In this document: in pieces, positions 27,117 to 40,185 of the stretch
Position numbering within the stretch: the first letter of the stretch is position 1
Layout of the letters: each line of letters starts with the position of its first letter
Source: Eledone cirrhosa
Lineage: Eukaryota
Reading direction: 5' to 3'
Length of the DNA: 64,000 nucleotides
Assembly: GCA_964016885.1 (NCBI GenBank)
Contig: OZ024741.1
Location: forward strand, 184,264,001 to 184,328,000
Translations under genes and position numbers: made by a program
The notes under the pieces: generated by a model
Told to the model about the DNA's origin: nothing
Database searches by the model: none
What the model saw: only the letters and a program-made list of their open reading frames with translations

Positions 27117-27460
27117 CAATATTTTGTGCGCAGATCTGTGTGTGTTTGAGTGCGTTTTGTGAAGACCGAGCGATAAGAAGTAAAATATACGTCATAAGAT
27201 TATATAAACCACGGCCATAACCATAACAACAACAACAGCTAAGACATGTAATGTGGCAGATATTAATGATAGTTTCAGTTATAATTATGACTAATAAACT
27301 GGAACTATCATTAATATCTGCCACATTACATGTCTTAGCTGTTGTTGTTGTTATGGTTATGGCGGTGGTTTATATAATCTTATGACGTATATCTTACTTC
27401 TTATTGCTCGGTCTTCACAAAACGCACTCAAACACACACAGATCTGCACACAAAATATTG
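27117..27460. repeat. Long fold-back palindrome, 164-bp arms with 16-nt spacer
   Basis: 27117-27280 is the reverse complement of 27297-27460 with only a handful of mismatches. Confidence 0.95.
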
Positions 27461-27977
27461 AATTTTAGAAATTTAACACATTTATAAAATTTATAAAATT
27501 TATAAAATTAATACAAATAACCATCAACTTTTAAAACCAAAAATTTTGAATCGTTACCCTAAAATAACAAAAATTAAATATTTTGAAATTTAACTACCAA
27601 GGCTATACTACCAATTTAACTACCAAGGCTATACATGTTTATATGTGTCTGAAGAAAATTTGTGCATAAATTACTCCCCTTTAACTCTCCCTCTCTTTAA
27701 TTATCTATCAGTTGCATTCTCAACCTAAAAACTAAAAAAATTATAACTCCAGATACGTCTTTCTCTATAGTCCTACTGTAGTATTCCAGACTTTATAAAC
27801 TCTATAACTGTTACATTAAAGCAATGTTTTTCTTACTCACACCTTCTCTATTGATTCTATTACATTTACACATGTTCTCATTATTAGGGTATAAACATTG
27901 AGTTTTCTCATAAGTTAATCACTACCTTGATTAAATCTTAACCATCTAACATGTCAGGGTATGTCATGTATCATTTT

Positions 27978-28040
27978 ATTTTATCTGATGAGGACGTACT
28001 GTTGAACTTGATTCAAGTACCTCTGAAATATGTATAATAA
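27978..28040 (+). ncRNA. Hammerhead motif in a probable PLE 3' tail ending at (TA)n ~28186
   Basis: CTGATGA-GGACGTAC-tgTTGAA-cttga-TTCAA-GTACCTCT-GAAA-TATG-TA; stem I imperfect. Confidence 0.6.
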
Positions 28041-28181
28041 CATTTAATTGATCACCAGAATATCTATTTTGTTAATATTTGAATTTAATATTAATAACTC
28101 TGGAAAATATTTTACTGTAGATTGCTTCCAATCTACTGTAAAACTCATTCTTTGATGTACTCATTGAATCTTGTTTAACTC

Positions 28182-28277
<96 letters not shown>

Positions 28278-28284
28278 TATATAT

Positions 28285-28516
28285 AACGAAGGAAGTGTGG
28301 TAAGGAACCAGGGGGATCATAACGCACCAAGTACTCAACACTTTGGGTAGTAGAGTGGGTAATAGGAAAATGTTCAGTCCAGAAATAGCCGTCGAAATGG
28401 CTTGAGCTATGCCGTCGGGGTCTTGAACATTTTTCTATTACCCACTCTACTAGCCAAAGTTTTGAGTACTCTGGTGCGTTATGGTCCACCTGGTTCCTTA
28501 CCACACTTCCTTCGTT
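28285..28516 (+). mobile_element. Short (TA)n-inserted fold-back element, copy 1 (~90-bp terminal inverted arms)
   Basis: AACGAAGGAAGTGTGGTAAGGAACCAGG...GAAAATGTTCA is mirrored at ~28423-28516; centre GTCCAGAAATAGCCGTCGAAATGGCTTGAGCTATGCCGTCGGGG. Confidence 0.85.
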
Positions 28517-28527
28517 ATATATATATA

Positions 28528-28584
<57 letters not shown>

Positions 28585-28586
<2 letters not shown>

Positions 28587-28636
28587 CGAAGGAAAAGTGG
28601 TAAGGAACCAGGTGGACCATAACGCACCAAAGTACT

Positions 28637-28640
<4 letters not shown>
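28585..28640 (-). mobile_element. Inverted solo tail of the same family between two (TA)n tracts
   Basis: GCGAAGGAAAAGTGGTAAGGAACCAGGTGGACCATAACGCACCAAAGTACTCAAT is the reverse complement of the tail at ~28461-28516. Confidence 0.85.
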
Positions 28641-28669
<29 letters not shown>

Positions 28670-29392
28670 CAATATCGGAGAAAGCTTTTTAGCGATACTC
28701 CGGCCAAATTCCAACTCACTCAACAAACATTAGGAAATAAGTGATTATATTCCCAATTATGCGTTCGGGGTGCTAACTAAAAGTATTGCGTGGAAAATTG
28801 GCTGTATTATTTCATATGAGACATATCTAATATATCTCTTCCCTGACGGACGTCTCGTTTCATTATAGGATTCCTACAATTTGGGTGAAATTATACCAAT
28901 TTATGTAGGAGCTTGTATACCATCAATAGATATATATTCAAGTGGGCTCCTATAATTCATCAGTGGGTGCCCCAATAATACTAATATTGATAATCTAACC
29001 AACATCAGTATTTAGCGATAATTATCATCCTCTATGCCTGAGGTATCTGTCAGGTTGTCAGTCCAGCTGTTCTAAAGAAGTGCTCAAACTGATTCAAAAA
29101 ATAAGGAAGTAAATTATCGCCACAAAACAATACATGCGCATGACAATGAACTCTGAAAGAAATTCAGGCCACGTGATAAGAACTCAATTGGAAAATGAAA
29201 AAATATCTATGTGTGTACAACATTTGATGACACACACAGATATTTTCTCGGGCAAAATAACAGAATGAGATATAAGGAACAATCAATATTCATATATAAA
29301 AAATAAACAAAGAAATGCTAAACTTATACCGGGAATTTTTTCGAATCTGTTGCGCCAAGAGTAAATAAATAAATACAATATCGGAGATAATG

Positions 29393-29439
<47 letters not shown>

Positions 29440-29611
29440 TATATATAAACCATTACATATTATATATTTTATATAATATATAATGTATAATATATAATAT
29501 ATACTGGAAATATAAACCTCCACCATAACAACAACAACTAAGTCATGTAATATGGCTGATATTAATGATAGTTTCAGTTAATTAGTCATAATTATATATA
29601 TATATATATAA

Positions 29612-30245
29612 ACGAGGTGTGTCAGAAAAGTTCCAGGTCTGATGTCACAAAAGATTTATTTCAAACCGAAACTTCACACTAAGAATTTTCTCCTTCAAAG
29701 TAATCCCCCTGGAGTCTAATGCACTTTTCCATCCTTTTCTGCCACGCCTGAATGCACTCCTGGAAGGATTCTTCCGGGATCCTCCGCAGTTCCGTCGTCA
29801 CGGCCTTTTTGATGTAGTCCACGTCTTCAAAACGGGTCCCCTCCGGGTCGTACTCGAAGATCCATGACCTATCACTGGTGATGACTATCCCTAGCAAATC
29901 TGGTTCGGTTTCAAGACGCTCGAGGATGTCCTGGCACATTTGCATGCGTCAATCCTTTGGTCATCGTTCACCAATTTTGGCACCATCTTTGCGCAGACTA
30001 TCCGCATGTCCAAATCTTCAGTGAGAATCTTCCAGACGCTGTCCCGATTCAGGCCCAGCTCATTTGCCATCAGTCGAACAGTCAGCCGACGATCGCTACG
30101 CACTATCTGCCTGACGCGCTCAACGTTGACCTGGGGTCATCTTGCACCACTCAAAAACACGTGAGCGTGACATCGTCTTATCTCCATACACTTGCTGTAG
30201 CAATCCCAGTGGTTCTGGCGGAGTTTTCCCCAACCGTCTCTAATT
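29612..30245 (-). mobile_element. Mariner transposon, internally deleted; only one TIR seen
   Basis: HTH QQVYGDKTMSRSRVFEWCK; DRRLTVRLMANELGL..CAKMVPKL; ITSDRSWIFEYDPE joined to GTRFED..CIRLQGDYFEG; terminus ACGAGGTGTGTCAGAAAAGTTCC next to (TA)n. Confidence 0.88.
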
Positions 30246-30503
30246 TTCTCCTAATGCAGTTTATATATAACGTCGTCTTTTTTTTAACATATCATGGATT
30301 ACTGATTACAGAAGACAGTGTAACATAGGCTTTGTTCAATTTCTGTGTATATTGTCAATTACGATTTTATTTGATGTATCATATTTACATGCATATATAT
30401 TTGTGTATAATATCAATATACACACTACACATGCTAGCAGAAAACCACCCATATGGTTTTATAAATATGGTTTCCATTTATTAATATCATTGATATATAT
30501 ATA

Positions 30504-30579
<76 letters not shown>

Positions 30580-31276
30580 TACATTATTCTGTTGTGCCAG
30601 TTAAAGCCAGCGAAAGTTGTCTTCACTGAGTGTCACATGTTCTGTTTTTCTGTGTTCCTTCGTCTCCAGGTCTAAATGGTCATTTTCAATACCTATCGTA
30701 CGACTTAAGTGTGGTAAATTTAATTCTATACACGAAAGTTTTGTTTTATTTTGTTTAAAATACATATACGTTTTCTTATATAATGATAATTATGCAGCAA
30801 CCATCTTTGAATCCTGGTTACATGGATAAAGCTTGCACCTAACATAAATATTGTGTGGATTAAGTCATACATGTTTGAATTCATATTTGAAAAATTAATA
30901 TTTCAAAAAAATATTTTCATTTTAACCTTTAATCATTATACATTTGATACCATATACTCTAAACTTGTTATCCATTATAAAAAGGCTTTTAAAGATAATT
31001 ATCTTTAGAAGCCTCTTTTTCAAAATCTTTTGAGTGATTTGTCAAGATATTTTGTTCATTGTTTATAGATTTAATAAACTCTGATGATCCTACGGTTTGT
31101 ATTGACTAACAGCAGATTTTTAAATAATATAATTTGCTGTTAAATGTGCATTTTTATAGGAAGAAACAATAGTCAGTAATTAAATGTATGTAGGTATGTA
31201 TATATATATGTGTGTGTGTAAGTGTGTGTATGTGTATATATATATATATGTGTGTGTGTGTTTGTGTGTGTGTGTG

Positions 31277-31317
<41 letters not shown>

Positions 31318-32124
31318 TTTTTATGTCTATTTATTTTTATTTATTTTGTAAAACACACACGCGTGCGCAGGAGCGCGCACACACACACACATAAATACAG
31401 TTATCTTGGACCGAACATCTTAAATCTATTCCTTTTCAGACCGAGCCAGCCTAGAGTTCTGTATGCAAATGAACCTCATCAGCCCATATACATAAACGTT
31501 AAAAGTATGTTTGCACGTATTTTGTGTTCCAGTAGGATGAATAGATAAATAGATATGTTTCAATAGATAGATATATCGATAGATACATAGATTAGATTAG
31601 ATATATTGATAGATATCTTTCTTTAGGCCGATAGACAGATAGATAACTACACAAGCAGTCAGGTAGACGGATGCATATGTTGTTGATAGACAAATAATTA
31701 GATATATAGGTAGATAAGTAGCTAGATGTAGTATTTATTGTCCGAAGATAGATACATAGATAGTTAGCTATAGATTGTAGACGTTTGATTAATTACCATG
31801 TTAACACTGTTGTGTGTGTGTAGTGTGTGTGTGTGTGAGAGAGAGAGGGGGGTATATTAAGTTATTTTATCCGAAACAAATCTAGCACGAAGTGGTTTTG
31901 ACTGGCATTTGTGTTTTATTATAAGCAATATATATATAGAAAGATAGATTGATACACACGCACACACACACGCACATACACACACGCACACACATACACA
32001 CACATACACACTCATATATATATATATGAGAGAAGGAGAATCCTAAACACAAGTAGCAAACTATGGAGTATTAATGAGCTTAAGAAAGGAGAAAGGAAGA
32101 GAGAGGGAGAGAAAAACTGGTCGC

Positions 32125-32144
32125 GTGCTGCCCCCTGGTGAGCA
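32125..32144 (-). promoter_or_regulatory. Candidate CTCF binding site
   Basis: Reverse strand TGCTCACCAGGGGGCAGCAC closely matches the CTCF core CCACCAGGGGGC(A/G)C; motif match only. Confidence 0.4.
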
Positions 32145-32208
32145 AACTGGCTAGCTTAACGACTACGGAAAATTATAAGGATGGAAGATGATAATGAAAG
32201 AAAGATAA

Positions 32209-32299
32209 CAGAAGAAGAAGAAGAAGAAGAAGAAGAAGAAGAAGAAGAAGAAGAAGAAGAAGAAGAAGAAGAAGAAGAAGAAGAAGAAGAAGAAGAAGA
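32209..32299. repeat. (GAA)n microsatellite
   Basis: Directly visible. Confidence 0.95.
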
Positions 32300-32596
32300 T
32301 CCAGATCAACGTGATATTGTCAAGAGCAAATAGCGGGCAATTACGTGATGAGATGGCAGTGAATATGAGGGTATTGTGGCAGGTATGGGTGGTGTGAAAT
32401 TTAGAGGATAAATAGATAGCGTGGCATGTTTTTGATGACGGGGTGGTTGTGGGGCTGATGAGGATTGTAGTGGTAGTAGTGATGCTTTTAGTGCTGTATC
32501 AGCCTATGTAGTGGTATTGACCGTAACATTACTGGTGGTGGTGTTGATGCTAGCAGTGTTGGCATCAACCTATATAATGATAACTGTGGTAGTTGT

Positions 32597-32870
32597 AGTG
32601 GTGGTGATAGTGGTGATACTTGTAGTATTGGCATCAACCGATGTGCTGTTAGTGGTGGTGATAGTGGTGATACTTGTAGTATTGGCATCAACCGATGTGC
32701 TGTTAGTGGTGGTGATAGTGGTGATACTTGTAGTATTGGCATCAACCGATGTGCTGTTAGTGGTGGTGATAGTGGTGATACTTGTAGTATTGGCATCAAC
32801 CGATGTGCTGTTAGTGGTGGTGATAGTGGTGATACTTGTAGTATTGGCATCAACCGATGTGCTGTTAGTG
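32597..32870. repeat. 54-bp minisatellite, 5 identical copies
   Basis: Unit AGTGGTGGTGATAGTGGTGATACTTGTAGTATTGGCATCAACCGATGTGCTGTT; GGCATCAACCG recurs at 32630, 32684, 32738, 32792, 32846. Confidence 0.95.
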
Positions 32871-34102
32871 GTTGTAGCATTGTTAGTGCTGGTCGTGATG
32901 ATGGAATTGCTGGTATCAGTCGATGTAGGTGATGGTCGTGGAAGTGATTGCCATGGTTGTGGTTGTGTTGGTGGTAGTATTGAGTTGGTGCATATTTTGG
33001 AGCACAAGCATTGGTCGATGTAGAAGTTGTGGTTGTGATTGTGATTGTATTTATGATGGTGATTTTAGCCACAAATAACTCAGACCACCGGATTTGTAGT
33101 AGGTAACACAGAGAATAGTCCAGGCCATTCAACTCTAAGTAGGTGGTTGGGGAAAGAGGACGAAAATCCTTATTAAAATCATTTCTCTTCATTCTCAACT
33201 TGACAAGTACTTTGTTAACATTGAATACTATGTTTAAGTACGCATGCAGTATAATAATTCTCCATCATCCCCATCATTATGATCATCATTAACTCAGGAT
33301 CAATAATAGTGACTACCAGTCAAGTCCTGCGGTTGATATAATCGACTTTACCCTACTTTAAAATTGCAGGCCTTGTAAATAAAAGGGTATTTGAAAAAAA
33401 AAAAAATAAATAAAATTAGAACGCCCCCAACAAGAAAACTAAAACATTGAAGAAGCAGGCATTTGCAACAAAATAAATGAAAAATAAACAAAAACTTTTT
33501 TGTTTTAAATCACGAATCTTGAAAAAAGACTTTATTAGAAGTACTCGCAACATACAATAAAAAGAAAAAAAAATACACAGAGAAAGCAATTGTTTCGTTC
33601 TGCCAGAGTTCACCTTATCCGTCACCGCGTTAGTCACCATCAGTATTTACAAGTGTAAAGTAGGCCGGCTAGTATATAGTGTGCAATAATGTCGAAAGTT
33701 CCACACTGCCATACGAAACTCCTTACCTTAAGTACACGCTTACAACAGTGATATCAAGAAGGTCTTTAGTGCGACTCTAGTCGGTATTTGCCATACCAGC
33801 TGCCAAGTAAACATACTGTTAACGGCCGTAACAATAACAAGGAGTCGATACAGAGAAAAATGGAAAATTGCCAAGAAGAAAAGGAGGAAGAGAAACTAAC
33901 AGAGAAAGAAGGGCGAGGCCAATTGAAAGACATAAAATGAAACCACGTGGCGACAATAAAGAAACCGGCATGAAATTCAGTCATTCGAGACCCCCATAAC
34001 GATGATGTGGTTCGAATGATTCCAATTGAATAAAATGCGGGGGTGTAGAAAACGCATGCAATTATCCTTAATAATCGCTAAATAAAGAACTTATTATTAT
34101 TA

Positions 34103-34292
34103 GGTGAATTGGCAGTATCGGTAGAGGGTCGGACGCCATGCTTTCCAGCATAGTTACGTTCCTGTACGGTCTGAGTTCAAATCCCGTCGACGGTAAGTTT
34201 GCCTTTCATCCTTACGGGGTCGATAAAATAAAGTACCAGTTATGCACTGGACAATTGCTGGCCTTGTGCCAAAAGTAAAAATAATAATTATT
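34103..34292 (+). mobile_element. tRNA-derived SINE, family A
   Basis: TGGCAGTATCGGTAG, GAGTTCAAATCCC, GCCTTTCATCCTTACGGGGTCGATAAAATAAAGTACCAG, GCTGGCCTTGTGCC. Confidence 0.9.
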
Positions 34293-34319
34293 GCGGGGCC
34301 TTTATAAGAAACCATTATT

Positions 34320-35397
34320 ATTGCGGGGGCTGCAAAAGCCTCAAGGACCTGATCAGCCAGTTCTTATTGTCTGTCAGGTACCGACTAGATTTCCTTAATA
34401 CGCCAGTATGGACCAGGACAAACCGCATAGGATCATCTACGGTCGTCTTTTCAAATCACAAATTTATAATCTGCATGGTCGACCTATTTATAGGATCTGG
34501 TTACTTGAAGCTCAACCTGGAGCGCGTCACCACTTTAATTAAGTGTAAAATGACAAGAGTGGGGTTGTCAACAACAGGTGGTGAGGGGCTCTCAAGAGAG
34601 AGGTTAGAGTAGATTCAATAGGCTTTAGTAAAGAAGTAGCGATAGAAAATATAGAAATGAGGGGAAGCTGGTAGCTAAATTAGATGAGGCGACTAGAAGT
34701 GGTATTACTACTGACGTGCTAGCGGCGAGAATGGCATTAGACAAATTCTTCAATACGAAACACAAGGGTTGCATTGTCAGAGCGAGGCAACGCAAGCTGT
34801 TCGATGGGCCCGTTAGACGGAGATGAAGCGTGGTAACAAAACCACGATTCGGTCTTTGATTGCCCAAAACAAACGCGTGCTGAACGATTCCAGGCAGATA
34901 TGTGCGGCCTTTCGCCAGTACTTTGCTCCTGAGTCGATGCTGAACACCGTGAAAGGCCGGTTCGGGATGCCTTACAAGCTTTACATAGATATGCTAGACT
35001 TGTTCTCCGACCTCCTCGAAGCAGTCTACTGCAAATGACAGCAGAACGCGAGAATTCCCAGTTCTGTGAGCCGGGGCGTAGTAACGGTGATGAGGAAATG
35101 AGAACAAGTAATGCGTTAGACAATTTAAGGCCTATAACTGTGCTAAACACAGAGTTTAAAATTTTGGCCAAGCTGTTAGCGAAGAGGTTGGCGCTTGTCG
35201 TCGAGATTTTGGTAGGGGAGGTGCAAACCTGTGCAATCCCTACCAGGTTCATACACGAAAACCTCCTCCTCATGCGATACATCAATGGGGGGGAAGGGTG
35301 TAAACCTGGCTTCTGTGGGGCTCAGATTAATTTAGATCGATCGAACGAAATCAATATAGTTGACCATGGGTATCTGGAGGTCATCCTCAAGACATAG
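34320..35397 (+). pseudogene. Decayed Tx1/L1 ORF2 fragment (late APE to early RT) with internal deletions
   Basis: YRLDFLNTPVWTRTNRIGSS, GSGYLKLN, KRGNKTTIRSL, DNLRPITVLNTEFKILAKLLAKRL, collinear with 13150-14490. Confidence 0.85.
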
Positions 35398-35704
35398 ATT
35401 CTGTTCTTGCTGTACATCCTTATTCAAAATTATTCTAGTAGTCTTGATTTGATCTACAGACCCAGTGCACTGTTTCGCCTTGCCTAGAATCAGTGAGGAA
35501 ATAATGCACATTATGCACAACAATAAATATTGATAATCATGCTGTTGCTGCTGCTGCTGTTGATGATGATGATAATGATGATGATGATGATGATGATGAT
35601 GTTGATAATGATGATACCGATGATGATGAATATAATGACGAAGATGATAATTACGATGATGATGGCAATGATGACGATGCTTAATAATAATAATAATAAT
35701 AATA

Positions 35705-38700
35705 TTGATTTCTCTATTGGCCACAAGGGCTGACATCAAGAAAATCATTACAGACGGCACAGGGCGGTACAGGACGGTACGATGTGGGTTTTGTGCGTGT
35801 AAAGATTTTTATTATTTATATGAGAAAAGAAAAAAAAGGACATAGAAACATATATATATATATATAAACAATAAAAATGAAAATTGAAACAATGAAAAAT
35901 TCCCCAATAGCGGGGTAACATCCGAGGGTTACTCGTGGCGAAAACCACACAAAAGACCACAGCCACCCTGACCACCAGGGTAAGCGCCCTCTCTCAATTT
36001 TTCCATTTCTCAAACTCCAGGCGTATATTCAGACCATTCTTGCTACATTCACCCACCTTTCAACAAACTTGCTAGAAGGCACCACTTGCCTCTCCATCCT
36101 GATTTTCCTCTTCAAGTGAAACTTGAAAAAGTTAATTAGGGATTTGCTGAAGAAGAAAGTGTCTGTCTTTAACCCTTTTAACCTTGTCCACCACTCAATC
36201 TCTTTCGCCATGGCCACCAGGCAGAGGAAAACCGCCTGACTTTCCTCCTCGAAGGAAGACGGCGAGACCATCTGCACAAGTCGACAACCGGATCAGTCCC
36301 ACACGCGACAGCAACTGTTCGACATAGCTACACATGTCAGCAATGCTCGGGCCCTGGACGAGTGCGTGCACGACGGTTTCGTCGCCCTGCGCGCATCTCG
36401 GACAGGCTCAGCTGACGGCACTTCCGTGCCTGTAGAGCTTATCTCGAACCGGCAGCGCTCCCCGATAGCACTGCCAGGCCAGGGATTTTTGGAAGTTATC
36501 CATAGGCCTAGGGCTGAAAGTTCTCCGGAAGAGAGCAAACAGCTGATCTTCTTCGACGCCCAGGATCTTTCCGAGAATGTCGTCGCTCTTCCCCTCCACT
36601 AGTCCTCTATAGAATGCCGAGGTTGATGTTCGACCGATACTGGTGCCCAGCTGGTAGAGGGCAGTGAGCGCCTGGAGACATTCCAGTTTCCAAGCGCTAT
36701 CCCTCGGTCTTTTTCTGACCCAGGACTGCAGCTCCGTCAAGGAGACGAGCTGTGGGAAAACGTGCCTGGCGAACGGCGACCACACCTGTTCACCATCAAG
36801 GAAGCACCAGAGATGTCGCAGCCTCAGCGCATGTTTGCGCATCATCAGCCATGGCATGCCTAGTCCTCCACGCAACGGGTGTTGACAGCAGATGGATCGT
36901 CTGAACATGGGAACGCGTCCCTTCCACAAAAAGCGGAAGAGGAGGCGCTCCATTTTGGTGAGAGTTGCACTGGAGCAAGGGACGACGGGGAGGCGGTAGC
37001 AGATGACGGATGCGATGTACGCATTCGCCACCTCCTCCCGGCCTTTCAGGGACAGCTTCCTCTCGGCCCATTTCTGGGTGAGGTATGCCACCCTGCTCGT
37101 CACCTCGTTCCAGTTTTTCTCCATCTGGAGGTCCGGTCCGAACCAGACCCCGAGCAATTTAACCTGTCCGTCCGTCCAACGCCCTACGACGCTGTCGGAC
37201 GGCATGGACTTGCCTCTCCAGGTGCCGAGCTGCAAGCCCACCGACTTTTCCTGGTTTATCTTTGCTCCTGTCACCGTTTCGTATTCCTTGAGAGCGGTGC
37301 CGAGCATCTGGACGTGTCTGGTGCTCGACACCCCAACGGTGACGTCGTCGGCATAAGCCGACTAGGATTTCCCGCATCCTAGTTTGCGTGGGACGCCCCT
37401 CATCACCCCCAGTTTGTGCAGTAACGGCTCAAGAGCCAATACGTGCAAGAGGGACGAGAGGGGACAACCCTGGCGGACTGAGCGCCTGATGCTGAACGGC
37501 TGCGCGGGTGACCGTTCACCCCCACAACTGAGCAGATGTCGCTGTATATTGCTGCGATCCAACCCCTGAAAACGGGCACGAAACCGACTGCCTCGAGGAC
37601 CGCCGCCAGGTACCGATGGTCGACCCTATCGAATGCTTTGGATTGATTCAAGTTGATCAGAGCCACACCGGTGCCAGGTACCTTAACCATCCTCTCTCTG
37701 ATGTATCGCATGAGGTGGAGGTTGTCGTGTATGGATCTGTCCGAAATGGCGCATGTCTGCGCCTCTCCCACCAGACCCTTGACGACAAGCGCCAACCTCG
37801 TTGCTAACACCTTGGCCAAAACCTTGAACTCTGCGTTTAGCAGGGTTATGGGTCTGAAATTATCGATAACATCCCCCTTGTTCGGGTCTTTTCTCAGCAG
37901 CGCCACTGCTCCCCGGCTCACAAAACTGGGAATGCTCCCGCTCTGCTGCCAGTTGAACAAGTCTGGCATAAATACATAAAGCTTGTAGGGCAGGCAATCC
38001 AAACCTTGCGCAGTTAGCCATCGCTTCCCGTATTTCACCGGCTGCTATTGGCTTTTCGCAACACTGTGCTGCGGTCGTCGAGAGCCGAGGCAGTCCGTCG
38101 AGGTATGCACTGAAGTCCATGACCCGATCCGGGCCGCCGCCGCTCCCGAACAGTTCAGCAAAGTGCTGCTGAAAGCTTCACACATCCGCTCGGGTTCGAG
38201 CATCACGCACCAGTTTTGGTCAGACAAAGACCGAATTGTGGCCTTATTGCCACGTCGCGCCTCTGCCACCCGGGCCAATTGTACGGCTTTTGACCCTCGT
38301 GTTTCAGAGCACGCGCTCTAGCTCTGATAACGCAGCCTTCGTGTTTTGCGTTGAAGAATTGGTCAAGTGCCAATCTCGCCGCAAGCACGTCGATGCCTGT
38401 CCTAAACGCCTCTTCTAGCTTTCTGACTAGCTCTCCCTCTACTCTATTTTCCTCTATCACTACTCCTTTGCTAAACCTAATCGACTCTACTTTAATTGCC
38501 CTTTTCAGGGCGAACCACCACCTGTTTTTGACGACCGCTCCCTTCAACGCCCGCTTAACTAATACGCTAATCCGGTCTCTGTAGGCTTTGCGTGCCGGGG
38601 AAGACGCATTCAGCTTCCAGTAACCGCGTCCTTGTCTATGAAGTCTGTCTATGTCGATCTTACAGATCACAAATTTGTGGTCTGTGTAGTCGACTATTTT

Positions 38701-40185
38701 AAATTGTGGACAACTTATACTAGCCTTATCTAGTTTTCTGCAGAATACCCTAACGAGATACGATCTGGATGACCCGATGCGGTTTGTCCATGTCCACATT
38801 GGCACATGCGGGTGATCCAGTCGATACCTGTTAGACAGTTCAAAACGTCTGAGAAGGTTGGTGAGGTTCTTTCACCCTCCTCCCCTATCCACTAGCCCCA
38901 CACAATCCTAGCGTGCATCCAAGATACCGTTCCAGTCGCCCACTAACACTAAAGAGCGGGATGTTCCAAGAAAGGTCTCTAGACGTCTGAAGAAATCTGG
39001 CCGTCCTGCCCCTGTTGGGGCGTAGACGGCTACTAGCCTGAAAGCATTGCCTTCGCTGTTGGTCACGTTCAGCACCACCGACTTACCTTCTGGGTCCAGG
39101 AAGAGATCCAAGCCTCTCCGAAAAAGGACGGCAATCCTTCCCCCCGATCCTGGACGGCTGGGAGATGCGTATACATCGTAGCCACCGAAGATCGGTGCAA
39201 AGCCTTGTGCTTCGGAGATTCTGGTTTCACTGATGGCCACCACATCTATGTTTAGTGACCTGAGGTCGTTGAGCAGGTGACCCTGCTTCCAATATGACCC
39301 CAGGCCACGTGCATTTATACAGCCTATTCTGAGTACGGCCATGCTGGATGAGAAACGGGGCAAGTGAGAAAGGGTCTCTTACCTTGATCGTCTGGTGAAG
39401 GGACAGTAGAACCGTCCCTTTCGCTGGTCATGGGTGTTTCCAAGAGGATGTCAGTGTATATCCTCTTGGTAACCGACCCTCTGAAGTCTCCAACTGCGTT
39501 GGGGAATTTTTGTTTTAAAGGTTTGTACTGTTCTATTGAAATTTCGATGATGCTTATGTTTGTCGGGAGAGTTCTTGGTGTTGGTGGGGTGTAGCAGGTT
39601 TTTTCTGTGATGTCTGTGTGCTGCTTTATATATTGTATGAGTTCTTTTTTGCCATGTTTATGGCTGTGTACTTTTTTGGGGGAGGGGTGATTTTGTTGCT
39701 GTTTTCTTCTTGTTGCTGTTTGCTGTGTGTCTTGTTGTGTTTGCGTTGTTGGTGTTTTTGGTGATGGTGGTGGTGGTGTGGTTGTTGTTGTCAGTGGTGC
39801 TTGTGGTGGTGATGGTGGTGGTGTTGCTGCAAGTTTCCTTGCTGCCTTTACCCCTCTTTGTATGCCTTCGCTTTTGGAGGGTGAATATAAGGGTCTTTTT
39901 CTTATTTGTTTTTTATGCCAGGCCGTTTGCCACTTCACTCCCGCCTCAAACTCCATGTCAGATTATGTGGCGTCTGGGAGGGGTATGTGCTCCACAGCTG
40001 TTGGTGGTGGTAGTGGAGTCCTCTTCGGCAATATTGTTACTGGTGTAGCAACATCAAATGTAGCTATTGGTGTTGCCGCCACTGATGATGCTGCTTTAGG
40101 TGTCCGTGGCCTTGGTACGGGTGCTGCGGACGTTGCCCGCCTACTCACCGTGGAAGGGGCTTCTTCGTTTTTTGCCTGCCCTGGC
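35705..40185 (-). mobile_element. Tx1/L1-clade LINE: 3' part of ORF1, full-extent but broken ORF2, and 3' UTR
   Basis: ORF2 starts MAVLRIGCINARGL (ATG 39342) with APE motifs SETR, YAP, GDWN, TDH; RT motifs FRPITLLN, KAFDRVDH, RQGCPLS, YADD; ends RMV-stop at 36029. Pro/Thr-rich ORF1 tail 39324-40185 has a stop at 39963 and overlaps the ORF2 start. The 3' end abuts (AAT)n at 35683-35703. Confidence 0.92.

Noticed and set aside
34103-34190. tRNA gene
   Set aside because: A/B boxes are SINE heads; no cloverleaf, and they continue into the SINE body.
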